Origin: Opitutia bacterium UBA3534
GTDB lineage: Bacteria > Verrucomicrobiota > Verrucomicrobiia > Opitutales > UBA3534
Length of the DNA stretch: 64,000 bases
Assembly (NCBI GenBank): GCA_002376875.1
Contig: DFOT01000002.1
Span: 185,653 to 249,652, forward strand
Direction: 5' to 3'
The notes beneath the pieces are model-generated. The model ran no database searches. It was not told where the DNA came from and was given only the letters and a program-made list of their open reading frames with translations. The first letter of the stretch is position 1, and each line of letters opens with the position of its first letter. This document shows, piece after piece, positions 48,363-58,577 of the stretch. The position numbers and the translations under genes were made by a program.

Positions 48363-49482
48363 TAAACACCGGGTGCCGCAACACCGCAGCAACCCCTTTC
48401 CCATCACGTTCGGCCACCTGAACATCCCCCTTAAGGCTTTGCATATGGTGGCGTGCTAAGGTTAAACCCATCCCCCGGCCCACCGAGATCTTCCCAGTTA
48501 CGAGTGGTTCAAAAAGCGTATCGGCTACTTCTTCCTTAATCCCTTCACCCTCATCTTCAATCTCCATCACTACCTGCGGGGCTCCATCAGGCCCAGCTTC
48601 CTCACGCACCTTCAAGTGCACTGACCTGTCTGTGGCCTGAGCATCTTCGGGGTAAGCCTCCCAGGCATTAATCAAAAGTTTCTCAAGCGTGCTGGTCACT
48701 GCTTCAAGGTTCGTCTCAAAAGAGTAGTCCTCAGGCAAAGCATTTTCTATATCAATATTGGCTTCAATCTCGTGCTCTTCCTCAAAGCGCTCAATCGCTC
48801 GATCAATCACATCCTTAAGCTTTCGTGACTCAGTCACCACAGGCTCGGTACTGGCTATCGTATTAAGCTGGCGCACAATGCTAATCACCCGGTTTACCGA
48901 CGCACTGATCTTATCCACCAACTTATCCAGCATTTCCGGGTTATCTGCAGCCACCTTAATCATATCTAAATGACAAGCCACAGCCCCCAGGATGTTATTC
49001 AAATTATGCGAGATCCCCTCAGTCACCGCCCAAACTGCCGCGGCACGCTTACCTTCCTCAACCTGGCGTTGCAGCTCCATGTTTAAGCGATTGATCCGCT
49101 GGTAATCGAGCTGCGTCTTAACCCGTGCAATCGTTTCTTCAGGGTCAATGGGTTTCGTAATGTAATCAATGGCCCCAGCCTCTAGGCCCTTAATTTTTTC
49201 TTCACGGGCAGTCTTAGCTGTAATGAATAAAACCGGGATGCTGCTGGTTTCAGTATCAGCCTTCAAGCGCTCACAGGCCTCAATCCCGCCCATCTTAGGC
49301 ATCATCACATCCAGCAGGATCACATCAGGCGGGGTTTGCTTAACAACCTCCAAGCATTCTAGCCCATTGCTAGCAGTAATCACATTCATACCCTTGTTTT
49401 CTAAAATCCGTGAAAGGATCTTCAAGTTAACGGCCTGGTCGTCAACCACAAGGATGGTAGGCTTAGGGGTAGCACTGTCCAT
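48337..49482 (-). CDS. hybrid REC-HisKA-HATPase protein (receiver at the N-terminus)
   Basis: ILVVDDQAVNL ... LLDVMMPKMGG ... ITKP, then H-box EGISHNLNNILGAV, DEGEGI and GRGMGLTLA. Confidence 0.8.
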   Translation of the reverse strand: MDSATPKPTILVVDDQAVNLKILSRILENKGMNVITASNGLECLEVVKQTPPDVILLDVMMPKMGGIEACERLKADTETSSIPVLFITAKTAREEKIKGLEAGAIDYITKPIDPEETIARVKTQLDYQRINRLNMELQRQVEEGKRAAAVWAVTEGISHNLNNILGAVACHLDMIKVAADNPEMLDKLVDKISASVNRVISIVRQLNTIASTEPVVTESRKLKDVIDRAIERFEEEHEIEANIDIENALPEDYSFETNLEAVTSTLEKLLINAWEAYPEDAQATDRSVHLKVREEAGPDGAPQVVMEIEDEGEGIKEEVADTLFEPLVTGKISVGRGMGLTLARHHMQSLKGDVQVAERDGKGVAAVLRHPVFITSCPLKF

Positions 49483-49494
49483 AGTAAATTATTG

Positions 49495-50106
49495 TTACTC
49501 TTCCTCTTCCGAGTAAAGATCGTCGATTACAAGTGTTTTGCAAATATAGTCATGCCCAGCACGGTTCTGTGCCGTAAAGAAGGCGATAAAGTAGTTCACC
49601 CACAAAAGCGGTATCAGCATTAACAAAGCAATAGCTTTGACGGCTGAGCGCAATAAGGCCTCCCCAAAGCGCGGTCTCTCCAGCGAATACATATTAATCA
49701 CCCGCAAGCGGAACATTTTCTTCCCCATAGACCCGTTTGTAAAAGCAAGCTCCGAGGCCGTAAAAAAGACCCAAATAAACAACAAGGAAAAGACGCCCGC
49801 AAAATCAAACATTTGCTTAACCCCATCACTGAATTGCAGCTGCTCAGGCGACTCTTTCTGAGCCTCAATTTGCTTAAACTGATAAGTAACCTCTTCCATC
49901 GCCTCAGGGTATTGCATTGGCAAAATGATTTTTAAGGCCAAGGCCAAGAGCACAAAAACCAAAATCACATCCAAAACAAAAGCTAAAGCCCGGAACTTCA
50001 GCTTAGCCGGCCTAAGGTCAGGCGTATAGCTAATATGCAAGAGGTTTTCATCCTCAAAGGGGGCGTTAGAATCAGCACTATCTTTATCCATACTAATACT
50101 CTTCAT
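49495..50106 (-). CDS. RDD-family membrane protein
   Basis: RALAFVLDVILVFVLL near the start and RAGHDYICKTLV near the end. Three or four hydrophobic helices. Confidence 0.7.
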   Translation of the reverse strand: MKSISMDKDSADSNAPFEDENLLHISYTPDLRPAKLKFRALAFVLDVILVFVLLALALKIILPMQYPEAMEEVTYQFKQIEAQKESPEQLQFSDGVKQMFDFAGVFSLLFIWVFFTASELAFTNGSMGKKMFRLRVINMYSLERPRFGEALLRSAVKAIALLMLIPLLWVNYFIAFFTAQNRAGHDYICKTLVIDDLYSEEEE

Positions 50107-50196
50107 TGTGTCTTAAAAAGGCCTATCTGGCAAGATTATAGCATTTTACCACCCAAGAGGCTAAAAACACACCTAACTCAGCTCAAAAAAGCGTCC

Positions 50197-51099
50197 CTAC
50201 AGCTTCCCCGCCAAGGACTGCTCACCTTGCAGGCTCTTACAGGCCTTAACGGTATTGCTCATCAGCATAGCCACTGTCATCGGCCCCACACCTCCAGGCA
50301 CAGGTGTAATCTGGCTAGCGACCTCAGCAGCTTCCTCAAATACCACATCCCCCACTAGGCGGTAGCCTTTTTTGGCAGTAGCATCTTCCACACGGTTGAT
50401 CCCCACATCAATCACCACAGCCCCAGGCTTAATCATATCCCCAGTAATCAGCCCAGGTCGGCCAATCGCCGCAATCACGATATCTCCCTGGCGCGTAATC
50501 GCACCCAAATCCTTCGTCCTAGAGTGACACACCGTCACGGTAGCATTCCCAGGCAACGCTTTCTTAATCATCAACAAGGCTGCTGGTTTACCCACGATTA
50601 AGCTACGCCCCACAACAACAACATGCGCTCCTTCGGTATTCACATCACTGCGCTTCAAAAGCTCAACAATCCCAGCTGGCGTACACGCTACAAAACCGCT
50701 ATCATCTTCCTGGCAAAGCTTGCCTAAGTTATCCCGGCAAAACCCATCCACATCTTTGCGCGGGTCTACCCGGTTAAAGACTTCCTGCTCATTCATTTCA
50801 TCCGGCAAGGGCGCTTGCACCAAGATCCCATGGACCGCAGGGTCCGCATTGAGCACATCAATGGCCGCGCACAATTCCGCTTGCGTACAGCTCTTCGGGA
50901 AAAGGTTTAGCTTACTCTCAATCCCCACCTGCGCGGCAACCTTCTGCTTCTTGCCCACATAAAAGACCGAAGCAGGGTCCTCCCCCACGCGCACAAATGC
51001 TATCGTAGGTTTAGGCCCTTTCAGGCTCGCTACCTCTTGGGATACTTCCTCTAAGATCTCCTGGGAGATCTTGTTTCCATCAATAACGCTAGCAGGCAT
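50197..51099 (-). CDS. folD: bifunctional methylenetetrahydrofolate dehydrogenase/cyclohydrolase
   Basis: [47 protein letters not shown]. Confidence 0.93.
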   Translation of the reverse strand: MPASVIDGNKISQEILEEVSQEVASLKGPKPTIAFVRVGEDPASVFYVGKKQKVAAQVGIESKLNLFPKSCTQAELCAAIDVLNADPAVHGILVQAPLPDEMNEQEVFNRVDPRKDVDGFCRDNLGKLCQEDDSGFVACTPAGIVELLKRSDVNTEGAHVVVVGRSLIVGKPAALLMIKKALPGNATVTVCHSRTKDLGAITRQGDIVIAAIGRPGLITGDMIKPGAVVIDVGINRVEDATAKKGYRLVGDVVFEEAAEVASQITPVPGGVGPMTVAMLMSNTVKACKSLQGEQSLAGKL

Positions 51100-51109
51100 T
51101 TTAAATCAA

Positions 51110-51832
51110 TTACTCTTCTTGGAGCGTCACTACTTTAATCACAACCGGTGCACCATGTTTTTTAGCAACAGGTACTCCTTGGATCCGCACAGTCTTGTTT
51201 ACCAAGTGGTCCAAGTTATGTAAGCTGCGGTACTCCTCTAGGTTTAGGAAGGCCATACGGTCTCCGCTAGTGTTTTGTAATTGGTAGCGGTATTCTGTAC
51301 CGGCAAAAGGATTACGGCGGCGCTTGAGCACCCCTTCAAAATAGCGGGACATTTCCCCTTCAGCCTGGCCATAGTCCGCGCTAATGGTCGCACCAGCAGG
51401 CCTAATCACCGTAGCGGCTTTCATGTCTTCCTCGACTGGGTCAGCATCATACACATACAATGGCCCCACATCCGGCGCAGAAGCAGCAACCGCCTCAGCC
51501 AAGCTCAAGGCTTCCGTATCGATCAACGTAGGCACCTCAGGGATCTCCTCGACCGTAATCGCTGGGGAGCTCGTCGTCCCCGTTGAGGTGAAGGACACAC
51601 TCGCCCAATCTCCCTTAACATCTTCCACAAGCACCGCTGCATCCGCAGTCGTCTTAGTAATGACCGCACTCTGGGTGGTCTCGCCTGCATAAACGGTCGC
51701 GCCTACCTTAACCGTCTGGTCTTCATTAAGCGCACTCGTCGGGACGAAGCCCTGAACCAAAGCAGCCTGCACCGTAAGGGCACTAGCCACGCAACCAACA
51801 GATAAGAGGGGGAAAAGCCGGATCATTTTCAT
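51110..51832 (-). CDS. secreted protein with SH3b-like N-terminal domain
   Basis: Signal peptide MKMIRLFPLLSVGCVASALTVQA. VKVGATVYAGETTQSAVITKTT..AAVLVEDVKGDWASV resembles bacterial SH3. Confidence 0.45.
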   Translation of the reverse strand: MKMIRLFPLLSVGCVASALTVQAALVQGFVPTSALNEDQTVKVGATVYAGETTQSAVITKTTADAAVLVEDVKGDWASVSFTSTGTTSSPAITVEEIPEVPTLIDTEALSLAEAVAASAPDVGPLYVYDADPVEEDMKAATVIRPAGATISADYGQAEGEMSRYFEGVLKRRRNPFAGTEYRYQLQNTSGDRMAFLNLEEYRSLHNLDHLVNKTVRIQGVPVAKKHGAPVVIKVVTLQEE

Positions 51833-51927
51833 AACAAAGGCACCATAAACCCCCACCCAGAAAATAACAAGGCAATATAACTTGATATAATTTTGTTAAT
51901 ACAGAACTCTCAGCGAAATAGCCTTAC

Positions 51928-53988
51928 CTACAGCCAGAGCTTCCTCGTCTCAAACACCTTATCAATATTCTTCGGCTTCGTCCCCATCTCCCGGAGGAAC
52001 TCTCTACCGCCTTCAAGCTCTAGCACACGCTGCGTATGCCAAGTCCCCAGGCTGAGATCAGTTTTGCGCTTATGAGAGTCCGCGAAGAACTCACTCGTAC
52101 TACCTTTCTTATCGAGAGTAGCCCCCGCTTGGTTCAGGCGGAAAGCCTCCCCCAAGGCAGTGTTCAAATTCTCTTTTCGCTCCCCAAGCGTTTTTGCCTT
52201 CAAGGTTTTAGAGGCCAACTTGTAGTATTCCCGGGATATCCATGAATATAATTTCTGCTGGTTCAGCTCTGCGCTACGTGCAATCTCACACGCGCGCTCC
52301 TTTAGCCGGTCTATGTTCATCTTTCCAGCCATCACAAGCTCGCTCCCCTTACGGAAATACGCTTTTGCCAGCGCCTCACGGCCAGCCCAGGCCCCAAGGC
52401 CTTCATGCTCATTTATAGCCAGCACTTGCTGGGCCACGTGCTCCAAGTCTGCTTCTGCCTGAACCAAAGGCATCCCAAACTCCATGTAACCTACGCGTAA
52501 TTTACGGTAAGCATCTTTCAAGCTATCCTTATCTATCTTCTTAAGCCTCTGTAGGTCTACAGACGTCGTCCTCCAAGACAATTCACCTCGCTGCCACTTA
52601 TCATAGTATCTACGGTAAGTAGCTTCTGCATCCTGAGTACCGAACGCCTCAATAATACCAAGCGCACCACCAGTAAGCCGATCAAGGGCCTCCAAAGTAT
52701 CTAATTCTTTACTGAGCGCATCTATGTAAACGCCTACCAACTCAGCAATAGCCTTCTCTCTAAAAGGCCGAGTCTCCAATGCAAGAGACACTGCTTTATT
52801 CATCACTGCCTCTAAAGCATCTCCTGGTTCGAGCTGAGTCAGGCCCACTCGTAAATAAGTACCCGCAAGGTCTATCAAGGTATCTTGCTTACCAACACCC
52901 CAATCTTTTTTACCCTCGAGCACACGCTCTAAAAGCTCCGTCAATTCCTCAAAAGACAGATCATCCCTGCGCGCCATTTCTTTGAAGTAAGCCAACTCTA
53001 GCACTGCCACTCCAGACTGGCGAGAAGCTGAAGGGTCATCTTTAAGCCTCCCTACAAGACCATCATACAACTCCTTAAGTGCTTCACGCGTACGGCATGC
53101 CGATGCTTTCTCCCGGTAACACATCTGAACTGCATTATTCCAAAGGTAGCCCTTATAAGGAACAGGCATCTCAGCAATCAAAGCTCCCACATAAGCAAAC
53201 AAAGCATCATTAGAAACACCCTCAAGCTTTAACGCCGCACCGAAGGAGAGGTAAATCATATCCCTCCAAAAGTTCTCCACCTGGTTAGAGACCCAACACT
53301 TCTTAGCAAAGGGCTTTAAAAGAATTATGATAGACTCCAGGCTTTTTAAATCTGGGGCAATTTTACAAGCCCGCATTAAATAACGCTTAAGGATGAAGTA
53401 AGTCATGATTTTATCATTCCACCCCTCGCGCGAAAACGCAGCCTTCATAACTGTCAGGATCTTTCCCAAATCCGCCATCGTCTTAGCCTTAGGTAAGGCC
53501 GCCAATGAATAAGCATCCGTCAGAGAAACCAGGCACGCCTCATCCGGCAGCCTTGCCTCATTGAACGCAACCTGGAACCACCCCATAATGTGATCCAGGT
53601 CCTCTTCGTGTTCCACCCGCTCCTTAAGATAAGCAACTGTAATCCGCTTGATAGCCTCCTGCTTTCCTCCTTTGTCCAGGAATGACCCACTAAGCTCATC
53701 CTCCAAATACTCTTGTGCTTCAATCAAATGCTGCTTGGCTCCATCGGTTACTCCAGAAAAGGCATACACCATCCCCTTGGCTGCCTCCCGGTCCATCAAA
53801 CCCAGCTCTTTATCCCCAATAGCCTCAACCGCAAGCTCTTGCTTAATCTGCCGGACCTGCTCCTTCCACACACCTTTAAGATCCTGTACATACCGCCGAT
53901 GCATAGCAGCTGTATGTGTAGCATCACTGCGGTTATCCTCTAGATGCTTTACAAAAGCACCTCCCGTTGTACTCACTCCCAATTCCAT
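51928..53988 (-). CDS. large orphan alpha-helical repeat protein (family member 3)
   Basis: 686 aa. YFKEMARRDDLSFEELTELLERVLEG, TLEALDRLTGGALGI and SLESIIILLKPFAKK form the same core as the 657- and 573-aa proteins. Confidence 0.6.
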   Translation of the reverse strand: MELGVSTTGGAFVKHLEDNRSDATHTAAMHRRYVQDLKGVWKEQVRQIKQELAVEAIGDKELGLMDREAAKGMVYAFSGVTDGAKQHLIEAQEYLEDELSGSFLDKGGKQEAIKRITVAYLKERVEHEEDLDHIMGWFQVAFNEARLPDEACLVSLTDAYSLAALPKAKTMADLGKILTVMKAAFSREGWNDKIMTYFILKRYLMRACKIAPDLKSLESIIILLKPFAKKCWVSNQVENFWRDMIYLSFGAALKLEGVSNDALFAYVGALIAEMPVPYKGYLWNNAVQMCYREKASACRTREALKELYDGLVGRLKDDPSASRQSGVAVLELAYFKEMARRDDLSFEELTELLERVLEGKKDWGVGKQDTLIDLAGTYLRVGLTQLEPGDALEAVMNKAVSLALETRPFREKAIAELVGVYIDALSKELDTLEALDRLTGGALGIIEAFGTQDAEATYRRYYDKWQRGELSWRTTSVDLQRLKKIDKDSLKDAYRKLRVGYMEFGMPLVQAEADLEHVAQQVLAINEHEGLGAWAGREALAKAYFRKGSELVMAGKMNIDRLKERACEIARSAELNQQKLYSWISREYYKLASKTLKAKTLGERKENLNTALGEAFRLNQAGATLDKKGSTSEFFADSHKRKTDLSLGTWHTQRVLELEGGREFLREMGTKPKNIDKVFETRKLWL

Positions 53989-54255
53989 AATAGATAGATA
54001 TTGCTTAAAACCCTACACCCATAGCCGCATAAGCCCACAATGTAAAGAATGCTTTCAAAAGAGACAAAAATTAAAGCAATAAAGCCATAGTTAATGCATT
54101 TTCACAAACCATTAATAGTAAAGTATATATAAATATTATATAAAGATTTAGAGATCTCTAATATACAGAATCTAGACTATATAATTATAGTTTTTAGTCT
54201 ATTTTTATTTACAAAATCAATAATTTTTGTTTATAATATTTAATAACTAAATAAA

Positions 54256-55497
54256 ATGAGTACAAAATATTACACACGCTGGCAAAACCCTGTCATCAAA
54301 GAAGCCCTAAAGACAAGACGCGTACTAATACTCTCAGGCCCCCGTCAATGCGGTAAGACAACCCTAGCGCAAGAGCTTAGCGATCCATCTTCCATTTACC
54401 GGACACTCGACAATACAACGCTCATGAACGCGGCCCTAAGTGACCCTGAAGACTTCATTAAACATGGGGATAACCTCATGATTATCGATGAGATTCAACG
54501 CGCACCACTACTACTACAAGCAATCAAAGGTAATGTGGACGCACACCCTCAAGGCTATGGGCGCTTTCTCCTAACAGGATCTTCTAATATTCAATCACTG
54601 CCGCAAGTTACTGAATCCCTAGCAGGCCGTGTAAGAACGATTCGCCTACGCCCAATCTCTATGGGGGAATATTTTGGGGCCTCTCCAACCTTCCTAAAAA
54701 ATGCATTTAAGGAAAAATTCACTCCTCATAAGGGCGAATATGACAAGAGTATTTATCTTTCCCTAGCCTTCACCGGAGGATACCCTGAAGCACTTCATCT
54801 AACGAGCACAGAAGATGCTCGCCAATGGCACAAAGACTACCTCAAAGCACTCATCGAACGAGATCTTAAAGAGATTACAAATATCCGAAGGAAAGACTCC
54901 ATGCGCAAACTTCTCGAATACCTAGCTGCATGGTCTTCAAAATTCATGAACCTACAGGCGATAAACTCAAGCCTTGGTATCCCACGCCCAACGATTGAAA
55001 GCTATATCAACGCTCTAGAAACACTTTATCTTGTAGAACGCATCCCCAGCTGGACAAAAACAGACTACGAACTTGTTGGAAAAAAAGATAAATTTTTTAT
55101 GACCGATACAGGCCTCATGGCCTCTCTTCTGAAGTGGCAGCTAGAGAAAGTGCGCCTCGACGGAGATAAAAACGGTAAACTTTTAGAAACATTTGTATTC
55201 ACTCAACTAGCAACACTCATCGATCTTCAAGAAAACGACTACGATCTCTACCATTATCGAGATCATGCAAATCGTGAAATCGACTTTCTAGTCGAAAACA
55301 AAGAAGGAGACTACCTTGGCATTGAAGTAAAAGCAGGCACAGCCATCAGCCAAGATAGTTTTAAACACTTAAAATGGTTCAAAGACAATCTGGCAAAAAA
55401 GAAAGAGTTTATAGGCATAGTGCTCTATACAGGGACTGAAGTTCTCCCCTTCGGAAAAGGCCTATGGGCTGTCCCTATAAGTGCTCTCTGGGGCTAA
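54256..55497 (+). CDS. AAA+ ATPase fused to DUF4143 / PD-(D/E)xK-like nuclease domain
   Basis: Walker A GPRQCGKTT, Walker B MIIDEIQ, and C-terminal EIDFLV...GIEVKAG (D...ExK). This is the AAA_14 + DUF4143 architecture. Confidence 0.8.
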   Translation: MSTKYYTRWQNPVIKEALKTRRVLILSGPRQCGKTTLAQELSDPSSIYRTLDNTTLMNAALSDPEDFIKHGDNLMIIDEIQRAPLLLQAIKGNVDAHPQGYGRFLLTGSSNIQSLPQVTESLAGRVRTIRLRPISMGEYFGASPTFLKNAFKEKFTPHKGEYDKSIYLSLAFTGGYPEALHLTSTEDARQWHKDYLKALIERDLKEITNIRRKDSMRKLLEYLAAWSSKFMNLQAINSSLGIPRPTIESYINALETLYLVERIPSWTKTDYELVGKKDKFFMTDTGLMASLLKWQLEKVRLDGDKNGKLLETFVFTQLATLIDLQENDYDLYHYRDHANREIDFLVENKEGDYLGIEVKAGTAISQDSFKHLKWFKDNLAKKKEFIGIVLYTGTEVLPFGKGLWAVPISALWG

Positions 55498-55518
55498 ATC
55501 AGCCCACCAAGGACGTAG

Positions 55519-56334
55519 TTAAATCCTACCTACACCCTCCTCAGGCCATAAAATCGAAAAGGTACCTACCAATAATTTAAAAATTACCTTCTTCCTGGGG
55601 TCATGCGTCGTATCCTCAAACGACATCTCCTGGAGCAAAGCCTTCCGGTTAACATCACTAACCTCTGTCATCAAGCGGATACTCAATCTAAAATCAAAGG
55701 ACTTCCTCAATCCCTCCAAGTGCTCACGAGCATACTCGGCTAACAAATCCAAAACACTGCGCTGTTCATAGGTTTCCTTCCCCTCAAACACACTCGTAAG
55801 TATTAATTCATACCCTGGAAGCAAACCTTGCTTAGGCACCCTCTCAGGCGACCCACAAAAAGGGAGCACGCTCTCCATCATCGAAGGCGTACAGTCTATC
55901 ACACTAGGCCCCACATCCAACAAAGACTTCCCTAGCGTTTCAGTAGGCTCTCGGTTAATCACCAGCCAATCTCGCATCAAAGGCTCTTGCCCCTCCCCAT
56001 CAAGATCAATGCCAGCCTCAACTGTTTTATGCTCTTGGTTTTCTTTGTCCTCCTGCACACTCTGGGCATACAAAGACGCAATCGAGGGCAAAGGTGGCAA
56101 GACCGCCGCCGCTCGATTCATCAAATTCCCCATAGCACTCACCCCCCAAGAATAGTAAGATGCAGTCCCCGAAAAAGAGTCAGGGGGGCTTTCCACACTC
56201 GAAGCACTCCCCCAAAACAGCTCACGCTTATCTTCCTCTGTAAGTAAGAGAGAAGGCACGTCATCGTTTTCCCTCCCAAGCAATGCAGGGGAGCTATTCC
56301 AACGCTTATCGCTCCAAAATGAAGCTTGGTCCAT
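55519..56334 (-). CDS. orphan protein, last gene of the four-gene unit
   Basis: 271 aa. Ser-rich, disordered-looking N-half and a structured C-half. No motif recognised. Confidence 0.5.
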   Translation of the reverse strand: MDQASFWSDKRWNSSPALLGRENDDVPSLLLTEEDKRELFWGSASSVESPPDSFSGTASYYSWGVSAMGNLMNRAAAVLPPLPSIASLYAQSVQEDKENQEHKTVEAGIDLDGEGQEPLMRDWLVINREPTETLGKSLLDVGPSVIDCTPSMMESVLPFCGSPERVPKQGLLPGYELILTSVFEGKETYEQRSVLDLLAEYAREHLEGLRKSFDFRLSIRLMTEVSDVNRKALLQEMSFEDTTHDPRKKVIFKLLVGTFSILWPEEGVGRI

Positions 56335-56375
56335 GGGCTTAATCTATATCAAAAGAACCGCCCAAGCACAAGGTT

Positions 56376-58559
56376 TTACTCAATCTTGGCCAGGAAGCTT
56401 TCGTAAAACCCAAGCTCCTCATCCTCACCACAAGCCAATAAACGTTCCATGACAAGGCGTAGCTGCCTATCCCAAGCCTGGTTCTCTTTTAAGTCTTCTA
56501 CACTACGAGCATACATCACTTCGGCTAAAGCAGTCCCATCCAAGGATTTTTTAGCCAACCTCTGCCGCAAGCGCAGCTGCTGGTTTGCCTGCCTGCGTTG
56601 TGCTTTCTTGCTTCCTTTGAGGGCTAAATTTTTCGGGTCCAAGCGCTCATCCAGTTGATTCAAAAATACATTAGCTTCTACAGAGCCTAGCTTCTCAGCC
56701 AACAGCAACTGATTAATCGCATCCGTTTCACTAAGACCAGCCCCACCCAGCTTACAATAAGCCATCATCGAAGAATAGTAGACCGCCATGGTATGTTGCC
56801 CTTTTGGGTAATGTATCCGTGCCAAATTAAACGCCTCATAGGCCGAGGTATACTTCTTTTGCTTATAGAAGTGGATCCCCAAATAACACATCGCATCAGC
56901 AATCCAATAGTTCTTAACGATAGACTCGTCACTCCCACAATAAAACTTACGGTGGGCCTGTACGCCTGAGGCTACTAGCTTCTCAAGCGTTATAAGAGCC
57001 TCATCCTCTTCATTCTCATGAACCAAGCTACTATAGGTCCGGTTAAGCGCATCGTCTTTAAAGACCTCAAATGCCTCCTCTAAAGCCTCCATGCTATCAG
57101 CATGCACCGCTTCATCAAAAACCCTCAGCGTTTCAGGCCTATTCCCTTCGCTATAAAGCAAGCTCGAAGCCGTCAACATATCCATATTGAATAGTTCCGC
57201 TAAGGGATCCTCTTCCTCCTTTTCTTCTACAAAGAAAATGAAGTCATCAAACTTGTTAATGAATGTTTCATAATCAAATCCATCCCAAGCCTCCTTGTCA
57301 TAATCAACACGCAGCACCAAGTTGATCAAAAGCGTCAAGGCATGAACATTTTTCTTCTTAGCTAAGAGCCACAAGTAGTAAAACGTCTGTGCCCGGTTCC
57401 CTTTCAGCGCCTCGTCATAACCTTCACCTATGAGCACTCCAAAATCTCCCTTTTCTATGGCGAGTTTAATGTACGTATTTAGCAAGCGTGCATACTGCCC
57501 ATCATGAATGCTTAATTTTTCTTCTAAGGCCTTCAAGCGTCTCAAGTTTTTAACAACTTCAAACCCTAACTGATCCGTCTTCGCATTAAAAATTAATCCT
57601 ATTTCTACAAAGTCGAAACAAAGTCGCAGCTCTTGGGGTGGAGATTCTTTCAGCTTACCCTTAAACATCTCGAGCAAACGTGGCTCGTTTTTCTCCAAGA
57701 GCATCTCCACATTTTTCTCGAGTTTCCCCACATAAGTACTCGCAGCTTCGTACAAGCCTAAGGCACTCGGGGTGCGCAACATTTGCAACTTATCAACAGA
57801 CCACTTAAGCAATAGCGTTCCATAAGGGTCTTTCGCAAATTCATACACCTCACCTTTTAAAATGCCCAAATAATCCCAGTACTTATGGACTACTCCTTTT
57901 CCACGTTCTTTTATCGCCTCAACAACACACTCTCCTAAAACTTCTTGGTAACGGCACAATGCATAAAACCTAATAGTGCTGTGCATCTGCCTTAACCGCT
58001 CCAGCATATCTTGATCAAAGGCTATATCTTCATCCTCAATCGCATTTAATAAATCTACCTGACTCAGGCGCCCTCCCTTCCGGAATGCATGCACAAGCTC
58101 ATCAAAGCGCTCATACTCAACCGCAGGCTGCTCCTCATCACGGACAAAGAAGTATTCAAAGAGTTGCTCCGTAACGACCTGGCTCCAGTCATTTTCAAAA
58201 TACCCAGGCTTGCCATACTCACGCTCACAAGCCTCCAAGTCCATTGGCTCAGGGAGCCTAAAGAGCACGCCCTGCTCACCAAGCACCTCAGGCAAACGCT
58301 CATTCAAAAGGTCTACAATCCTGATAAACTCAAGCATTTCTGGAGACACGCCAGTTTCAGCGGCCAACATAAAATGTACCTCAGTCGACATCGGCGCCCA
58401 ATCCCTCTCAAAGAGAATATCATCCTTGATCGCCTTCATAGTCTTCTTTAATTCAGGGTCCCCCAGCTTCACACAAGCCACACGTTCAGGCCCACCCTGC
58501 TCATAATCAAAGACAGGGCGCAAAGACCCCAAGTTGGTATTACTCAGTCCAGTATCCAT
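56376..58559 (-). CDS. orphan 727-aa protein with TPR/Sel1-like C-terminal helices
   Basis: AMCYLGIHFYKQKKYTSAYEAFNLARIHYPKG...AVYYSSMMAYCKLG. Basic coiled tail KKAQRRQANQQLRLRQRLAKK. Confidence 0.55.
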   Translation of the reverse strand: MDTGLSNTNLGSLRPVFDYEQGGPERVACVKLGDPELKKTMKAIKDDILFERDWAPMSTEVHFMLAAETGVSPEMLEFIRIVDLLNERLPEVLGEQGVLFRLPEPMDLEACEREYGKPGYFENDWSQVVTEQLFEYFFVRDEEQPAVEYERFDELVHAFRKGGRLSQVDLLNAIEDEDIAFDQDMLERLRQMHSTIRFYALCRYQEVLGECVVEAIKERGKGVVHKYWDYLGILKGEVYEFAKDPYGTLLLKWSVDKLQMLRTPSALGLYEAASTYVGKLEKNVEMLLEKNEPRLLEMFKGKLKESPPQELRLCFDFVEIGLIFNAKTDQLGFEVVKNLRRLKALEEKLSIHDGQYARLLNTYIKLAIEKGDFGVLIGEGYDEALKGNRAQTFYYLWLLAKKKNVHALTLLINLVLRVDYDKEAWDGFDYETFINKFDDFIFFVEEKEEEDPLAELFNMDMLTASSLLYSEGNRPETLRVFDEAVHADSMEALEEAFEVFKDDALNRTYSSLVHENEEDEALITLEKLVASGVQAHRKFYCGSDESIVKNYWIADAMCYLGIHFYKQKKYTSAYEAFNLARIHYPKGQHTMAVYYSSMMAYCKLGGAGLSETDAINQLLLAEKLGSVEANVFLNQLDERLDPKNLALKGSKKAQRRQANQQLRLRQRLAKKSLDGTALAEVMYARSVEDLKENQAWDRQLRLVMERLLACGEDEELGFYESFLAKIE

Positions 58560-58577
58560 AATTAGAAAATAGTTATA

